Assembly: GCA_964449855.1 (NCBI GenBank)
Contig: CAYVGA010000001.1
Location: forward strand, 7,348 to 71,347
Direction: 5' to 3'
Source: an uncultured Lachnobacterium sp.
GTDB taxonomy: Bacteria > Bacillota > Clostridia > Lachnospirales > Lachnospiraceae
DNA length: 64,000 nucleotides
Positions 47,058 to 57,335 of this stretch are shown one piece after another; position 1 is the first letter of the stretch, and every line of letters begins with the position of its first letter. The translations under genes were made by a program, and so were the position numbers. The notes beneath the pieces were generated by a model. That model did no database searches. It worked only from the letters and a program-made list of their open reading frames with translations, and was not told the DNA's origin.

Positions 47058-49310
47058 TTATTTTAATTTCCAAATATCTTTGTTGTACTGTGCAATTGTT
47101 CTGTCAGATGAGAAGAATCCGGCTTTTGAGATGTTTACGAGCATCTTCTTAGCCCATTCTGTTCTATCTTCGTAATCTGCATAAACTTTTTCACGTGTTT
47201 CAACGTATTCTGCAAAGTCTGGGAATGTCATGAACCAGTCTTTGTTGATAAGTTCGTTGTAGAGACGATATAAACATTCATCATCACCAAAACGTCTTAC
47301 ATCATCACTTACGATGAAGTCTACGGCACGTTTTAAGTTTTCATCTGCTTCATAGTAGTCTTTTGCACAGTAATCGCCACGTTCATAACGGTCAATAACT
47401 GTCTGAGAATCTTCACCAAATGTGTAGATATTGTCTTTGCCTACTAATTCAGCGATTTCTACGTTTGCACCGTCCATAGTACCAAGTGTAACAGCACCGT
47501 TTAACATAAACTTCATATTACCTGTACCGGATGCTTCTTTGGAAGCAAGTGAAATCTGTTCTGAGATATCACATGCAGGAATAAGTTTTTCAGCAAGTGT
47601 TACATTGTAGTTTTCTACCATGTAGATGTTTAAGTGCTGACGTACCTGTGGATCGTTGTTGATCACATGCTGTAATGCTAAAATCAAGTGGATAATATCC
47701 TTAGCAATTGTATAAGCAGGAGCTGCTTTTGCACCAAAGATTACTGTGATTGGTTTGCTTGGGATGTTACCGGCTTTGATTTCAAAGTATTTGTGGATTA
47801 CGTAAAGTACGTTAAGCTGCTGTCTCTTGTATTCGTGGAGACGTTTTACCTGAATATCGAAGATAGAATCTTTGTTTAAGTGGAGATTCTGTGTCTTTAA
47901 GAGGTACTGTACTAAATCCTCTTTCTTGCCTTCTTTGATTGCAAGAATGTTGTTTAATACTTTTTCGTCATTTACGTATTTTCCTAATTTTTCTAACTTG
48001 CTAGCGTCTTTCTTCCAGCCATCGCCAATAAGACTTGTTACATAGCTTGAAAGCTCTGGGTTACATTCCATGAACCAACGACGGAATGTGATACCATTTG
48101 TCTTATTATTGAATTTCTTCGGATATAACTTGTAGAAGTTATTTAATTCTGTGTTCTTTAAAATTTCTGTATGAAGATATGCTACACCGTTTACACTGAA
48201 TCCGTAGTGGATGTCCATGTGAGCCATGTGTACTAAGTTATCTTTGATAATATATGTGCTTTCGTCTTTTACTTTTTCTTTTACGCGGTTGTCAAGTTCG
48301 CGGATGATTGGCATAAGCTGTGGAACCGCTTTTTCCATGAAATGCATTGGCCATTTTTCTAATGCTTCTGCAAGAATGGTGTGGTTTGTATATGCACATA
48401 CTTTTGATACAATCTTAATTGCATCGTTCATGAGGATTCCTCTTTCGCCCATCTGACGGATGAGTTCCGGAATAATCATGGATGGATGTGTATCGTTAAT
48501 CTGAATTACTGCATAATCAGCTAAGTCATAGATATCAGAACCTTTTGCTACTGCTTCATCTAAAATGAGGTGTGCAGCATTTGATACCATAAAGTACTGC
48601 TGATATACACGAAGAAGTCTACCCTGTTCATCAGAATCATCCGGATATAAGAAAAGTGTAAGGTTCTTCATAATATCGTGTTTGTCAAAGTGGATGGTAT
48701 CCTGTACAATACGTTCATCTACAGATTCGATATCAAATAAGTGAAGTTTTGTTGTACGGTTGTTGTAACCACATACATCGATGTCATACATACGAGACCA
48801 TACTCTCATACCACCGAAATCGATTGGGTAAACAACATCTGTTTTGTTTAACCAGCTATTGTCTGTAATCCATGGATTTGGAGTTTCTTTCTGTTTACCC
48901 CAGTCAAATACCTGTTTGAAAAGACCATAGTGATAGTTAAGACCCACACCATCGCCGTTCATGCCAAGTGTTGCCATAGAATCAAGGAAACATGCTGCTA
49001 AACGACCAAGACCTCCGTTACCAAGTGATGGTTCTAATTCGATTTCTTCGATTTCTGCTAATGATTTGCCGGCTTCTTCCAAAGTTTCTTTTACTTCGTC
49101 ATAAATGCCAAGGTTTATTAAGTTATTTGATAATAACTTTCCAATTAAGAATTCTGCAGAAACATAATAAACTTTCTTTTTGCCCTGATTGCTTTCTTTT
49201 TCGTGAGCAAGTTCTTTTGTCATTTCAAGAAGGGCAATGTAAATTTCTTCGTTTGAACACTCTGCAACGGATTTGTTCCATTTGTTTTCTACTGCTGTTG
49301 TTAAATTCAT
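47058..49310 (-). CDS. glgP: Glycogen/maltodextrin phosphorylase
   Basis: [25 protein letters not shown] and [10 protein letters not shown] (PLP lysine). Confidence 0.95.
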   Translation of the reverse strand: MNLTTAVENKWNKSVAECSNEEIYIALLEMTKELAHEKESNQGKKKVYYVSAEFLIGKLLSNNLINLGIYDEVKETLEEAGKSLAEIEEIELEPSLGNGGLGRLAACFLDSMATLGMNGDGVGLNYHYGLFKQVFDWGKQKETPNPWITDNSWLNKTDVVYPIDFGGMRVWSRMYDIDVCGYNNRTTKLHLFDIESVDERIVQDTIHFDKHDIMKNLTLFLYPDDSDEQGRLLRVYQQYFMVSNAAHLILDEAVAKGSDIYDLADYAVIQINDTHPSMIIPELIRQMGERGILMNDAIKIVSKVCAYTNHTILAEALEKWPMHFMEKAVPQLMPIIRELDNRVKEKVKDESTYIIKDNLVHMAHMDIHYGFSVNGVAYLHTEILKNTELNNFYKLYPKKFNNKTNGITFRRWFMECNPELSSYVTSLIGDGWKKDASKLEKLGKYVNDEKVLNNILAIKEGKKEDLVQYLLKTQNLHLNKDSIFDIQVKRLHEYKRQQLNVLYVIHKYFEIKAGNIPSKPITVIFGAKAAPAYTIAKDIIHLILALQHVINNDPQVRQHLNIYMVENYNVTLAEKLIPACDISEQISLASKEASGTGNMKFMLNGAVTLGTMDGANVEIAELVGKDNIYTFGEDSQTVIDRYERGDYCAKDYYEADENLKRAVDFIVSDDVRRFGDDECLYRLYNELINKDWFMTFPDFAEYVETREKVYADYEDRTEWAKKMLVNISKAGFFSSDRTIAQYNKDIWKLK

Positions 49311-49417
49311 TTTATCTACCTCCCATTATAGGCGTTTATAAAGAACACAAGCATAGTATAGGTAAAATTCTATCATTTTTCTTGTAATATTATGGCAAAA
49401 TATGGTACTATTCTATC

Positions 49418-50293
49418 ATGAACATCCTAGAATATGAAAATTATCAAGAAAAAAAGAGCCATGTCGATGTATCATTTCCTTATAATACACTCCTCTGTTC
49501 TATTCCTTTGGATTTTGATAAAGTCCCTTTACACTGGCATGATGAAATGGAGATCATCTATATAAAAAAGGGACATGGATATGTAACAGTAGACTTCAAA
49601 CAATATAAGGTATCGGGTAGTACAATTGTGCTGATTCTGCCGGGACAGCTTCACTCAATTGAACAATACGATGATTTATCCATGGAGTATGAAAATATCA
49701 TATTTAATGTTAATATGCTGCTTCCCCGCACGGAGGACACAAGCAGTACCGGATTTTTGCGCCCTCTTTTAAGCGGCCAAATCACAGTTCCCAGTGTTTT
49801 TTCTATCATTCATCCGCACTATGAGGCAATTTCTTCCTGCATTGACGCATGCGATGAAATCTGCAAAACCAAACCACAGGGATACGATTTGTACATCAAA
49901 GGAAAACTCTATGAATTTTTCTATATTTTAAGCAACCGCTGCCGAAATGAAAAAAATCCAAGGACTACAAAGTCCCTGGACAAAATGAAAATCATTCTAA
50001 AATATATTGAAACCAATTATATGCAGAAAATTACAATCGCAGAAGTGGCAGCATCCGTAGACTTCTCCGAATCCCATTTCATGCGCTATTTTAAAGAAGC
50101 AATGGGCATTTCTTTTATTGACTATCTGCGGGAATACCGTCTGACAATGGCTGCACGGCTTTTGATTGCTTCCGATGCGGACATCCTGCATATTGCAGAA
50201 GAAGTAGGCTTTGATAATCTCTCCTACTTCAACCGGGCTTTTAAAAAACATTATGGCATGACACCGAGCCAGTACCGCAAACTTACCGGTTAA
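49418..50293 (+). CDS. AraC family transcriptional regulator
   Basis: VPLHWHDEME cupin; IAEEVGFDNLSYFNRAFKKHYGMTPSQYRK. Confidence 0.93.
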   Translation: MNILEYENYQEKKSHVDVSFPYNTLLCSIPLDFDKVPLHWHDEMEIIYIKKGHGYVTVDFKQYKVSGSTIVLILPGQLHSIEQYDDLSMEYENIIFNVNMLLPRTEDTSSTGFLRPLLSGQITVPSVFSIIHPHYEAISSCIDACDEICKTKPQGYDLYIKGKLYEFFYILSNRCRNEKNPRTTKSLDKMKIILKYIETNYMQKITIAEVAASVDFSESHFMRYFKEAMGISFIDYLREYRLTMAARLLIASDADILHIAEEVGFDNLSYFNRAFKKHYGMTPSQYRKLTG

Positions 50294-50316
50294 TTATTCA
50301 GGTACTGAATAGTTAC
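50291..50316. repeat. REP-like short palindrome
   Basis: TAATTATTCAG-GTA-CTGAATAGTTAC between convergent genes. Confidence 0.7.
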
Positions 50317-50317
50317 C

Positions 50318-50830
50318 TTATATGATTAAATATCCAAAAACCGCTGCTGCTACAGCCGCTGCCATTCCGGCAATTACATCACTGATAAAATGCACTCCGG
50401 ATACCACTCGTACTACGGCTAATGCAAACGAAACCAACAAAAACACTACTCCCAGCCAGCTCCACGGAGACATCAAAAGAAATGTCATAGCAATCATGGT
50501 CGCAGAAAATACATGTCTGCTTGGAAACGAATGTCCTTTGGTGTCTTTCTTTATCACTGGTGGTACTTCAAATTTCTCATAAGGTCTTGGCCGGTTCACC
50601 CATGAACGAAATACGGATAAGAGCACAAAACTAATGCCCGGTACAAGTAAAGCCTTTTGAAAACTAAAATAACTGCTGAATTTCGCAAAGAAAAATAAAT
50701 ACACCAAAAGCATTGGATATGCCGCATACATTGTCATTGTGCATAATTTATTCGCTATATGTATCCCCTTCGCCAATCCCGCATTTTCGCGGAATGGCCG
50801 GGTCATCTTAATATAATTCTCTTTTGTCAT
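50318..50830 (-). CDS. PAP2 family membrane phosphatase
   Basis: RPRP, SFPSRH and RVVSGVHFISDV motifs. Confidence 0.9.
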   Translation of the reverse strand: MTKENYIKMTRPFRENAGLAKGIHIANKLCTMTMYAAYPMLLVYLFFFAKFSSYFSFQKALLVPGISFVLLSVFRSWVNRPRPYEKFEVPPVIKKDTKGHSFPSRHVFSATMIAMTFLLMSPWSWLGVVFLLVSFALAVVRVVSGVHFISDVIAGMAAAVAAAVFGYLII

Positions 50831-50848
50831 AATCTCTCCCATTTTTCA

Positions 50849-51313
50849 CTAACGGTTTGTATTTGTACCGTCTGCATTATTTGTGTTATTTGTGTTGTTT
50901 GTATTATTTGTGTTATTTGTATTATCTGTGTTATTTGTATTATTCATATCATTGCCCAAATTGTCAATACCATCTCGAATAGCATCCCCTGTTTCTTCTA
51001 CACTGTCAAGCAGATTTCTTCCGGCATCTCTTAAACTGTCACCGCTTTGCTGCAAATCGTCTTCTACCGCACCATTATTATCGGTATTATTGCCATTTGT
51101 ACCATTATCTGTTGTACCATTATTTGTTGTTCCGTTATTTGTCGAGTCATTATTTCTTGTTTCATTTCCGGATTCGTTCACATTACGATTGGTTTCATCT
51201 TCATATGGAGCCTCTGTCCCGTTCATATCTCCATTATTTCCACATCCAACTGCAAAAAGTGTTGCCGCAGTAAGCACTGCACATAAAAATAAAAGTCTGC
51301 TTTTCTTCATCAT
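50849..51313 (-). CDS. Asn/Thr-rich lipoprotein, probably sporulation-associated
   Basis: Lipobox FAVG-C; (NNT)n low-complexity tracts; RBS AAGGAG; sigG-type promoter upstream. Confidence 0.8.
   Translation of the reverse strand: MMKKSRLLFLCAVLTAATLFAVGCGNNGDMNGTEAPYEDETNRNVNESGNETRNNDSTNNGTTNNGTTDNGTNGNNTDNNGAVEDDLQQSGDSLRDAGRNLLDSVEETGDAIRDGIDNLGNDMNNTNNTDNTNNTNNTNNTNNTNNADGTNTNR
50878..50945. repeat. 9-bp tandem repeat encoding (N-N-T)n
   Basis: TTTGTGTTA / TTTGTATTA units. Confidence 0.75.
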
Positions 51314-51346
51314 AGAAATCTCCTTTAACTATTTTACTTTTGAGGT

Positions 51347-51376
51347 TAGTATGATAAAAATTTTTAAAAAATATAC
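51347..51376 (-). promoter_or_regulatory. sigG-type (forespore) promoter of the lipoprotein gene
   Basis: Minus strand GTATA-N18-CATACTA matches the B. subtilis sigG consensus. Confidence 0.7.
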
Positions 51377-51413
51377 ACATAAGTTATGCACATTATCAAC
51401 AGAGTTATCCACA
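51371..51413 (+). promoter_or_regulatory. DnaA-box cluster
   Basis: ATATACACA 51371, TTATGCACA 51384, TTATCAACA 51393 and TTATCCACA 51405, all co-oriented. Confidence 0.7.
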
Positions 51414-51463
51414 ATCGCTGTTGAATTGTTGTTGAATACGTTAATAAATCCTACTATTGCCTG

Positions 51464-51820
51464 CTATTTCTTCATTTTTGAATCAAAAAACAGCGATGCG
51501 ATGTAAGAAAAGACCAATGCAGACGAAATTCCCACGGCAGATGATGTAAATCCACCCTTGAAAATTCCAATAAATCCCTCTTTATCCACAGCCTCCTTGA
51601 TACCGGTCCATAACACATTGCCAAATCCCAACAGCGGAACATTCGCTCCTGCACCTGCCCATTCCGAAAATGGCTGGTATAGGCCGATTGCACCTAAGAC
51701 CGCACCTAAACATACAAGAAGCACCATAATGCGTCCCGGAAGCATTTTTGTTTTTTCCATTAAAATCTGCACCAAAGCACAGATAATTCCACCCACAATA
51801 AAAGCCTTTACATATTCCAT
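51464..51820 (-). CDS. spoVAE: Stage V sporulation protein AE (SpoVAEb/SpoVAC family)
   Basis: AFIVGGIICALVQIL...WAGAGANVPLLGFGN; follows spoVAD. Confidence 0.88.
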   Translation of the reverse strand: MEYVKAFIVGGIICALVQILMEKTKMLPGRIMVLLVCLGAVLGAIGLYQPFSEWAGAGANVPLLGFGNVLWTGIKEAVDKEGFIGIFKGGFTSSAVGISSALVFSYIASLFFDSKMKK

Positions 51821-52857
51821 TCTTTCACCCTTTCCAACACAACGCCATGTGCAATTCCCGGTACCGTCTGTCCTTCATTAAAACTAACCGGCGACAGCAA
51901 CGCCCCTGTCGGCACAAATAAAATTTTGTGTAAACGTCCTTCCTGCAATTCTTTTAAATAGTGGCCGCTTAGTGTTACTGCAGAACAGCCGCATCCCGAA
52001 CCACCGGCACCAGTTCCCTGTGTCTTTCCATCATAAATCTCAATACCGCAATCCTCATGTACTTCAGAGATGTCATAACCCTTCTGCTTCAACAAATCAA
52101 TCAGTATCTCCTGACCTACCGTTCCCAAATCCCCTGTGATAATACGGTCATACTCGTTTGGTGTCGTACCAAAATCCTCAAAATGTTGATAAATCAAATC
52201 ACTCGCCGCCGGTGCCATAGCAGCTCCCATATTCATCGAATCCCTGACTCCGTAATCCACAACTTTTCCCGTGGTAATTCCGGTGATTTTTGCAATTGGT
52301 TTTTGTTTCCACTGCTGTAATCTTTCTTCTGAAGCCACCAAAAATGCACCTCCGCCGGTTACTGTCCATGTCGCAGACATCGGTCTTTGATTGGCATATT
52401 CCAATGGAAAACGAAACTGTTTTTCCGCACTGGCAAAATGACTCGATGTTACTGCTGCCACACAATCTGCAAAACCTGCCGCCACCGTCATCGCTGCCAG
52501 ACTCAATGATTCCCCACAGGTAGAACATGCCCCATACAAGCCAAAGATAGGAATTTCAAATTCTTTCAAACCAAAATATGTCGCAATCGTCTGCCCCAGT
52601 AAATCACCGGAAAACAAGTAACGGACATCTTTTGCCTTTCGATTCCCTTTCCCCAATGCAAGGGTCAGTGCCTCTTTCTGCAAAGCACTTTCTGCCGATT
52701 CCCAGTTATCCTCTCCAAATTTTTCATCTATGCCAATCACATCAAAACAATGTTTTAGGGGACCTTCCCCTTCTTTTTTTCCAACTACCGAAGCCGTACT
52801 CATAATAAAAGGAGCCTTTGAAAAACAAAGACTCCCATTTCCTAACTGCTGGTTCAT
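51808..52857 (-). CDS. spoVAD: Stage V sporulation protein AD
   Basis: GKKEGEGPL, GLYGACST, AEKQFRFPLEY and GGSGCGCSA motifs. Confidence 0.95.
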   Translation of the reverse strand: MNQQLGNGSLCFSKAPFIMSTASVVGKKEGEGPLKHCFDVIGIDEKFGEDNWESAESALQKEALTLALGKGNRKAKDVRYLFSGDLLGQTIATYFGLKEFEIPIFGLYGACSTCGESLSLAAMTVAAGFADCVAAVTSSHFASAEKQFRFPLEYANQRPMSATWTVTGGGAFLVASEERLQQWKQKPIAKITGITTGKVVDYGVRDSMNMGAAMAPAASDLIYQHFEDFGTTPNEYDRIITGDLGTVGQEILIDLLKQKGYDISEVHEDCGIEIYDGKTQGTGAGGSGCGCSAVTLSGHYLKELQEGRLHKILFVPTGALLSPVSFNEGQTVPGIAHGVVLERVKEWNM

Positions 52858-52890
52858 GCTATCTCTCCTTTTCAAATAGAACTATAGAGA

Positions 52891-52920
52891 TAGTATGTTT
52901 CTTATAGATTATTTTTATCC
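52891..52920 (-). promoter_or_regulatory. sigG-type promoter of spoVAD-AE
   Basis: Minus strand GGATA-N18-CATACTA; spoVA is sigG-controlled in B. subtilis. Confidence 0.72.
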
Positions 52921-52931
52921 ATAGGTGCAAA

Positions 52932-53456
52932 TTATTTACCTTCGTACGTCACAACTGCATCTACGTTATATTTTTCCAATACTTTACGTCCTTCTAAACC
53001 TGCCAATTCGATTAAGAATAACATTTTTACAACTTCACCGCCAAGTTCTTCTACTAGTTCTGCAGCCGCTTTCATTGTTCCGCCTGTTGCAATCAGGTCA
53101 TCTACGAGAACTACTTTCTGTCCCGGCTGGATAGCATCTTTATGAATTTCAATTGTTGCAGAGCCATATTCCAAATCATATGTTTTTGAAATGGTTTCAC
53201 ATGGAAGCTTGCCTGCTTTACGAACCAAAATAAATGGTTTTTTCAACAAATATGCCAATGGCATACCAAAAATAAATCCTCTGGATTCTGCCCCGGCGAT
53301 AACATCACATTCTACACCGTCCAAAAGTTTTGCCATTTCATCAACAGCAAGCTGTAAACCATCTGCATCCTGCAATACACTGGTTACATCCCGAAAAATT
53401 ATTCCTTCTTCTGGAAAATCCGGAATACTTCTTATATAATCTGCTACTTTTTTCAT
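52932..53456 (-). CDS. apt: Adenine phosphoribosyltransferase
   Basis: IPDFPEEGIIFRD, ESRGFIFG and VDDLIATGGT motifs. Confidence 0.97.
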   Translation of the reverse strand: MKKVADYIRSIPDFPEEGIIFRDVTSVLQDADGLQLAVDEMAKLLDGVECDVIAGAESRGFIFGMPLAYLLKKPFILVRKAGKLPCETISKTYDLEYGSATIEIHKDAIQPGQKVVLVDDLIATGGTMKAAAELVEELGGEVVKMLFLIELAGLEGRKVLEKYNVDAVVTYEGK

Positions 53457-53491
53457 AATTGTGTTCTCTCCTTTATGTTCTCTGTTGACTT

Positions 53492-54226
53492 TTATTTTAC
53501 TTTTTTATAGCCTTCCATCGTGATTGGAACCACATCTTTCACAGAAAGCACATTATCTTCGACTGTAAAACGAATATCATATCCGCCAAAAGCCATTCCA
53601 TATACATAATCGGGCTTTTTGTTGTATGCTGCCCTTGGGTCCTGCCTTAAAACATCCAGCACCTTGCCGTGCATCTCCTCCGGTAGCTTCAGCAATTTAT
53701 CTTCCGGAAAAATGACCGCAATCTGATCTGTCTTATGCTCCTCTGCAAAACTTCCCTTTGCCTCCGGATGTGCATCCGTATATGGCAGATATGGTTTGAT
53801 ATCATAAATCGGTGTTCCATCCAGAAGATCGGCACCGGAAACAACCAATATCGGTCCTCTCTTTTCATCCAGATAGATATTTTCCAATTTCACCGAAGAT
53901 AAGCCTATCGAATTGGGACGAAATGGCGCTCTTGTTGCAAATACGCCCTTTTTGACCTTGCCGCCCAAACGTGGCGGAGTCACCGTCAATGCATAATTCG
54001 CACGTTTGGCCTTCGAAAATTCCCACAATAGCCATATATGAGAAAATTCTTCCAATCCTCTTACCGCATCCATACTACGGAATTCCGGCTCAAAGACAAT
54101 TTCTCCACGCAAAGAAGGAACCAAACCGCTTTGCCTTGGAATTCCAAATTTATCCGGAAACTCCGTATGAATTCTCGCAACAGCCACCAATGCATTACCT
54201 GTTGTTTCATCTGAATATTTATGCAT
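53492..54226 (-). CDS. tsaA: tRNA (t6A37)-N6-methyltransferase TrmO/TsaA
   Basis: KFGIPRQSG, GVFATRAPFRPN and DGTPIYDIKPY motifs. Confidence 0.9.
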   Translation of the reverse strand: MHKYSDETTGNALVAVARIHTEFPDKFGIPRQSGLVPSLRGEIVFEPEFRSMDAVRGLEEFSHIWLLWEFSKAKRANYALTVTPPRLGGKVKKGVFATRAPFRPNSIGLSSVKLENIYLDEKRGPILVVSGADLLDGTPIYDIKPYLPYTDAHPEAKGSFAEEHKTDQIAVIFPEDKLLKLPEEMHGKVLDVLRQDPRAAYNKKPDYVYGMAFGGYDIRFTVEDNVLSVKDVVPITMEGYKKVK

Positions 54227-55439
54227 GATCTTCTTCATCCGAAACAATTGTATTCTCTTGGTTCTGCGTGTCCTCTTTTATCTTTTCCAAGTAATCTGCT
54301 GTATGTTCCGCTGATGATACCTCTGGATTACGGTGCAGCACATCTTCTTTTATCAAGCGATACCCTGCTGCAAACAATGGTACTGCCAAAAGCATACCGC
54401 CGACACCTAACACACCACCACCGATGGTAACCGCTGTCAGTACCCAAATGCCTGGAAGCCCAATGGACTGTCCAACGACTCTTGGATAAATCAGATTGCC
54501 TTCCAACTGCTGAAGTACAAGCACAAATACCAAAAACTGAAGTGCCTGTAATGGAGAAACCGTCAAAATCATAACTGCGCCTACGCCGGCTCCAATATAA
54601 GCACCTGCAACCGGAATCAGTGCCGTAAACCCAATAAATACACCAATCATAACCGCATATGGAAATTTCAATAAGAGCATACCTAAAATACAGAGACCGC
54701 CCAAAACAACTGCTTCAATACACTGTCCTACAATAAAACTATGGAAACTGTCATCAATAACCTCTGTAACATAAAAAATACGGTCTGCTGTCTTTGGCAT
54801 ATACGTCTGCACCAAAGTTCTTGTCTGTGCACCTAATTTCTCTTTATCGATTAATACATATAAAGAAAAAATCAATCCAATCAGTACATTTACCACAACC
54901 GATGCGGCAGAAGTGACTGCTGCCATAATAGAGCCAACCGCTCCGCCAACACCGCCAATTACTGTTTTCACTAGTCCTTCAATTTCCGCAGAAAGTGTTG
55001 TTATGTCAAAACCGCTGGCAAGTTCCGGGAAGAACTTCATAATCTGTTCTTCTCCAACAAAATTCACTATCATCTGCAATGCACCGGGAATCAATCGGAT
55101 AAAGGATGCAATACAATTGATAAGTTCCGGCAGTACCAGATTTACAATTAACGCTACAATTCCAAACAAACTCAGAAATGCCAGAATCAAACAAACAATA
55201 CGTTTTATTTTTACAGCAACTTCTACTTTAAACAGCCTGTCATACCACTTTTCATAAAATCCCATCAAAATATTCACTACATATGCCATCACACATCCAA
55301 TAATAAGCGGCATCGCAGCTCCTACTGCCACTGAAAAAAGACCTTCCACCTTGACCCAATAATGAATCACCAAATAAACCAAAATCAGCGCTCCTGCAAT
55401 TCCTATCGTTTTTTTCCATCCTTGTTTTATTTCCTGCAT
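54219..55439 (-). CDS. AI-2E family transporter
   Basis: Multi-TM; ALIPVAGAYIG and QQLEGNLIYPRVVG motifs. Confidence 0.9.
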   Translation of the reverse strand: MQEIKQGWKKTIGIAGALILVYLVIHYWVKVEGLFSVAVGAAMPLIIGCVMAYVVNILMGFYEKWYDRLFKVEVAVKIKRIVCLILAFLSLFGIVALIVNLVLPELINCIASFIRLIPGALQMIVNFVGEEQIMKFFPELASGFDITTLSAEIEGLVKTVIGGVGGAVGSIMAAVTSAASVVVNVLIGLIFSLYVLIDKEKLGAQTRTLVQTYMPKTADRIFYVTEVIDDSFHSFIVGQCIEAVVLGGLCILGMLLLKFPYAVMIGVFIGFTALIPVAGAYIGAGVGAVMILTVSPLQALQFLVFVLVLQQLEGNLIYPRVVGQSIGLPGIWVLTAVTIGGGVLGVGGMLLAVPLFAAGYRLIKEDVLHRNPEVSSAEHTADYLEKIKEDTQNQENTIVSDEEDHA

Positions 55440-55520
55440 AAAAAACCTCAACTTATAACTTATACTATTCCTGTACCTATTCCAAGTCTCATCCTTTACT
55501 CTGAACAGTTACATATTTTC

Positions 55521-56357
55521 TTATACACCTAAATTTGTTTCGAATTCTTTGATTAACTGTTTCTGGTATTCTTCATCAAAGGAACCTTCCAAAAGCCGTG
55601 GAAATGCTTCGTTCAGAAGTCTCTCCCAGCTGAATCCTTCTTTTCCAACCAAAATCGGATAATACCATACCTCATTCTTAATCGCTGCATCACAGTCACC
55701 AGGCGCATCACCAACCATGAGAATTTTCTTTGGTTCATAGCCTTTTTTCACCATTTCACCGATACAATATGCTTTGGAACCCACTTCCTGGCAAAGCAAT
55801 ACACGACAATCTTCCTTCAATTCGTGTTTGGTCCATTCAGCTTCTACTGCGTCCCCATTCGCAGAAGATACTGCAACCAAATCAGCACTTTTACACATCT
55901 CATCCATCGCAGTCTTTACATTGTCAAATGGCTTATCCTCTGCTGTTAAGTTATTAATTGCTCTATTCGTGCGGATGCTCCAAAGCAATGCCTTTTCCAC
56001 ACATTCGCTGGAACTCTTTTGTGTATATGCCAAAAGTGCCGGATTGGATAATTCTTTTGCTTCCTTTGTCCATGTCACGAATTCCTCTAATCCCTCAAAG
56101 TGACAGCCTCTCTTTTGCATTTCGACTAAGGCAAGGGCGAGTCCTTTGAAACGATTACTACCTCTCGTAATTGAATACAGATTGATATCCAGCCATAATT
56201 TCATACATTCTTCAAATTTATCATCCAAACCATAGGTGTAAATCCACTGTGGTCCAAAACATTCTCTGTGTTTCACTTCCATCGTATCCATAGCACATCC
56301 ATCGCTATCAATACAAACCATAAATTCACTCTGTTTTACGAATTCAAAATACCCCAT
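55521..56357 (-). CDS. HAD-superfamily hydrolase
   Basis: IDSDG motif I, VSSA, K and MVGDAPGD motif IV. Confidence 0.88.
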   Translation of the reverse strand: MGYFEFVKQSEFMVCIDSDGCAMDTMEVKHRECFGPQWIYTYGLDDKFEECMKLWLDINLYSITRGSNRFKGLALALVEMQKRGCHFEGLEEFVTWTKEAKELSNPALLAYTQKSSSECVEKALLWSIRTNRAINNLTAEDKPFDNVKTAMDEMCKSADLVAVSSANGDAVEAEWTKHELKEDCRVLLCQEVGSKAYCIGEMVKKGYEPKKILMVGDAPGDCDAAIKNEVWYYPILVGKEGFSWERLLNEAFPRLLEGSFDEEYQKQLIKEFETNLGV

Positions 56358-56391
56358 ACTTTTATCCTCTCCTTAATTTATAATATTTCTC

Positions 56392-56418
56392 GTAATTATT
56401 CAGTACCTTCACAGTTAC
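56392..56418. repeat. REP-like short palindrome (degenerate)
   Basis: GTAATTATTCAG-TAC-CTTCACAGTTAC. Confidence 0.6.
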
Positions 56419-56584
56419 GATTTCTCCTAATATTCACTTTATCTTGATTCTATCATTCTTGCCATTTTGATTCAAGGCAAAAATTTGTTACTTTTCTTGT
56501 ATGCAAGACATTGACATCCTCGTTTTTAAAGTTATAATGAAGTTGGGTTATATCATCACACAGGAAAAGAAGGTTGTATACAAT

Positions 56585-57277
56585 ATGAAATACAAACATA
56601 CCGCCACATCCGATGGCGTTTACGAACAATTAAAAGAACAGATTTTACATTTGGAACTTCCACCGGGAGCTGCAATCAGCGAAATCGAGACTGCGGAAAA
56701 ATACAACATCAGCCGTACACCCGTTCGTGATGCTTTCAAACGCTTAGAACGCGAAGGTTTATTGGAAATTCGTCCGCATATCGGGACATTTATCTCTCTC
56801 ATTGATTTACATGCCGTTTCTGATGTACTGTATGTGCGTGAAGTTTTGGAGTTTTCTGTATTATCTGACCTTGCTCAAATTTATGATAATTCCCACGACT
56901 TACATATTCGTCTGATTCTGCAAAAACAAAAAGAGTTATTGGATTCCGAGATGTCCATCGAAGAGTTGAGCCGTGCATTTGTCAAAAGCGATAATGAATT
57001 CCACACTGCACTTTTTGATGCTGCCGGCAAGAAAAACATTATCAAATTCCTCTATGCCTATAATTCGCAATACGAACGTTTTCGTACATTTATTAATTTT
57101 AATGGCAAAGAAGATCTGCAGAAGCTCTATGACTGCCATGTAAAAATGGTAGACTGCATAGCAAACAAAGACCTTTTGACTTTAAAAGACTGTATCCGCC
57201 ATCACTTATACGATGGTTTTACTTCCAGTACCGATATTGTCAGCAAATACCCTGAGTATTTTTCACAAACTACGTAA
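56585..57277 (+). CDS. GntR/FadR family transcriptional regulator
   Basis: ISRTPVRDAFKRLEREGL wHTH; DNEFH FCD motif. Confidence 0.92.
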   Translation: MKYKHTATSDGVYEQLKEQILHLELPPGAAISEIETAEKYNISRTPVRDAFKRLEREGLLEIRPHIGTFISLIDLHAVSDVLYVREVLEFSVLSDLAQIYDNSHDLHIRLILQKQKELLDSEMSIEELSRAFVKSDNEFHTALFDAAGKKNIIKFLYAYNSQYERFRTFINFNGKEDLQKLYDCHVKMVDCIANKDLLTLKDCIRHHLYDGFTSSTDIVSKYPEYFSQTT

Positions 57278-57290
57278 GACCACTATTACA

Positions 57291-57330
57291 ACACCCCCAT
57301 CCCGCAAAACGGAATGGGGGCTGTTTTTTC
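57291..57330. terminator. Intrinsic terminator
   Basis: CCCCCATCCCG-CAAAA-CGGAATGGGGG followed by a T-run. Confidence 0.75.
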
Positions 57331-57335
57331 TATAT

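Noticed and set aside
51371..51413. Chromosomal origin (oriC)
   Set aside because: No dnaA/dnaN/rpmH context, short intergenic region and only four boxes
50883..51506. 207-aa hydrophobic plus-strand ORF
   Set aside because: Antisense reading of the Asn/Thr-repeat lipoprotein gene
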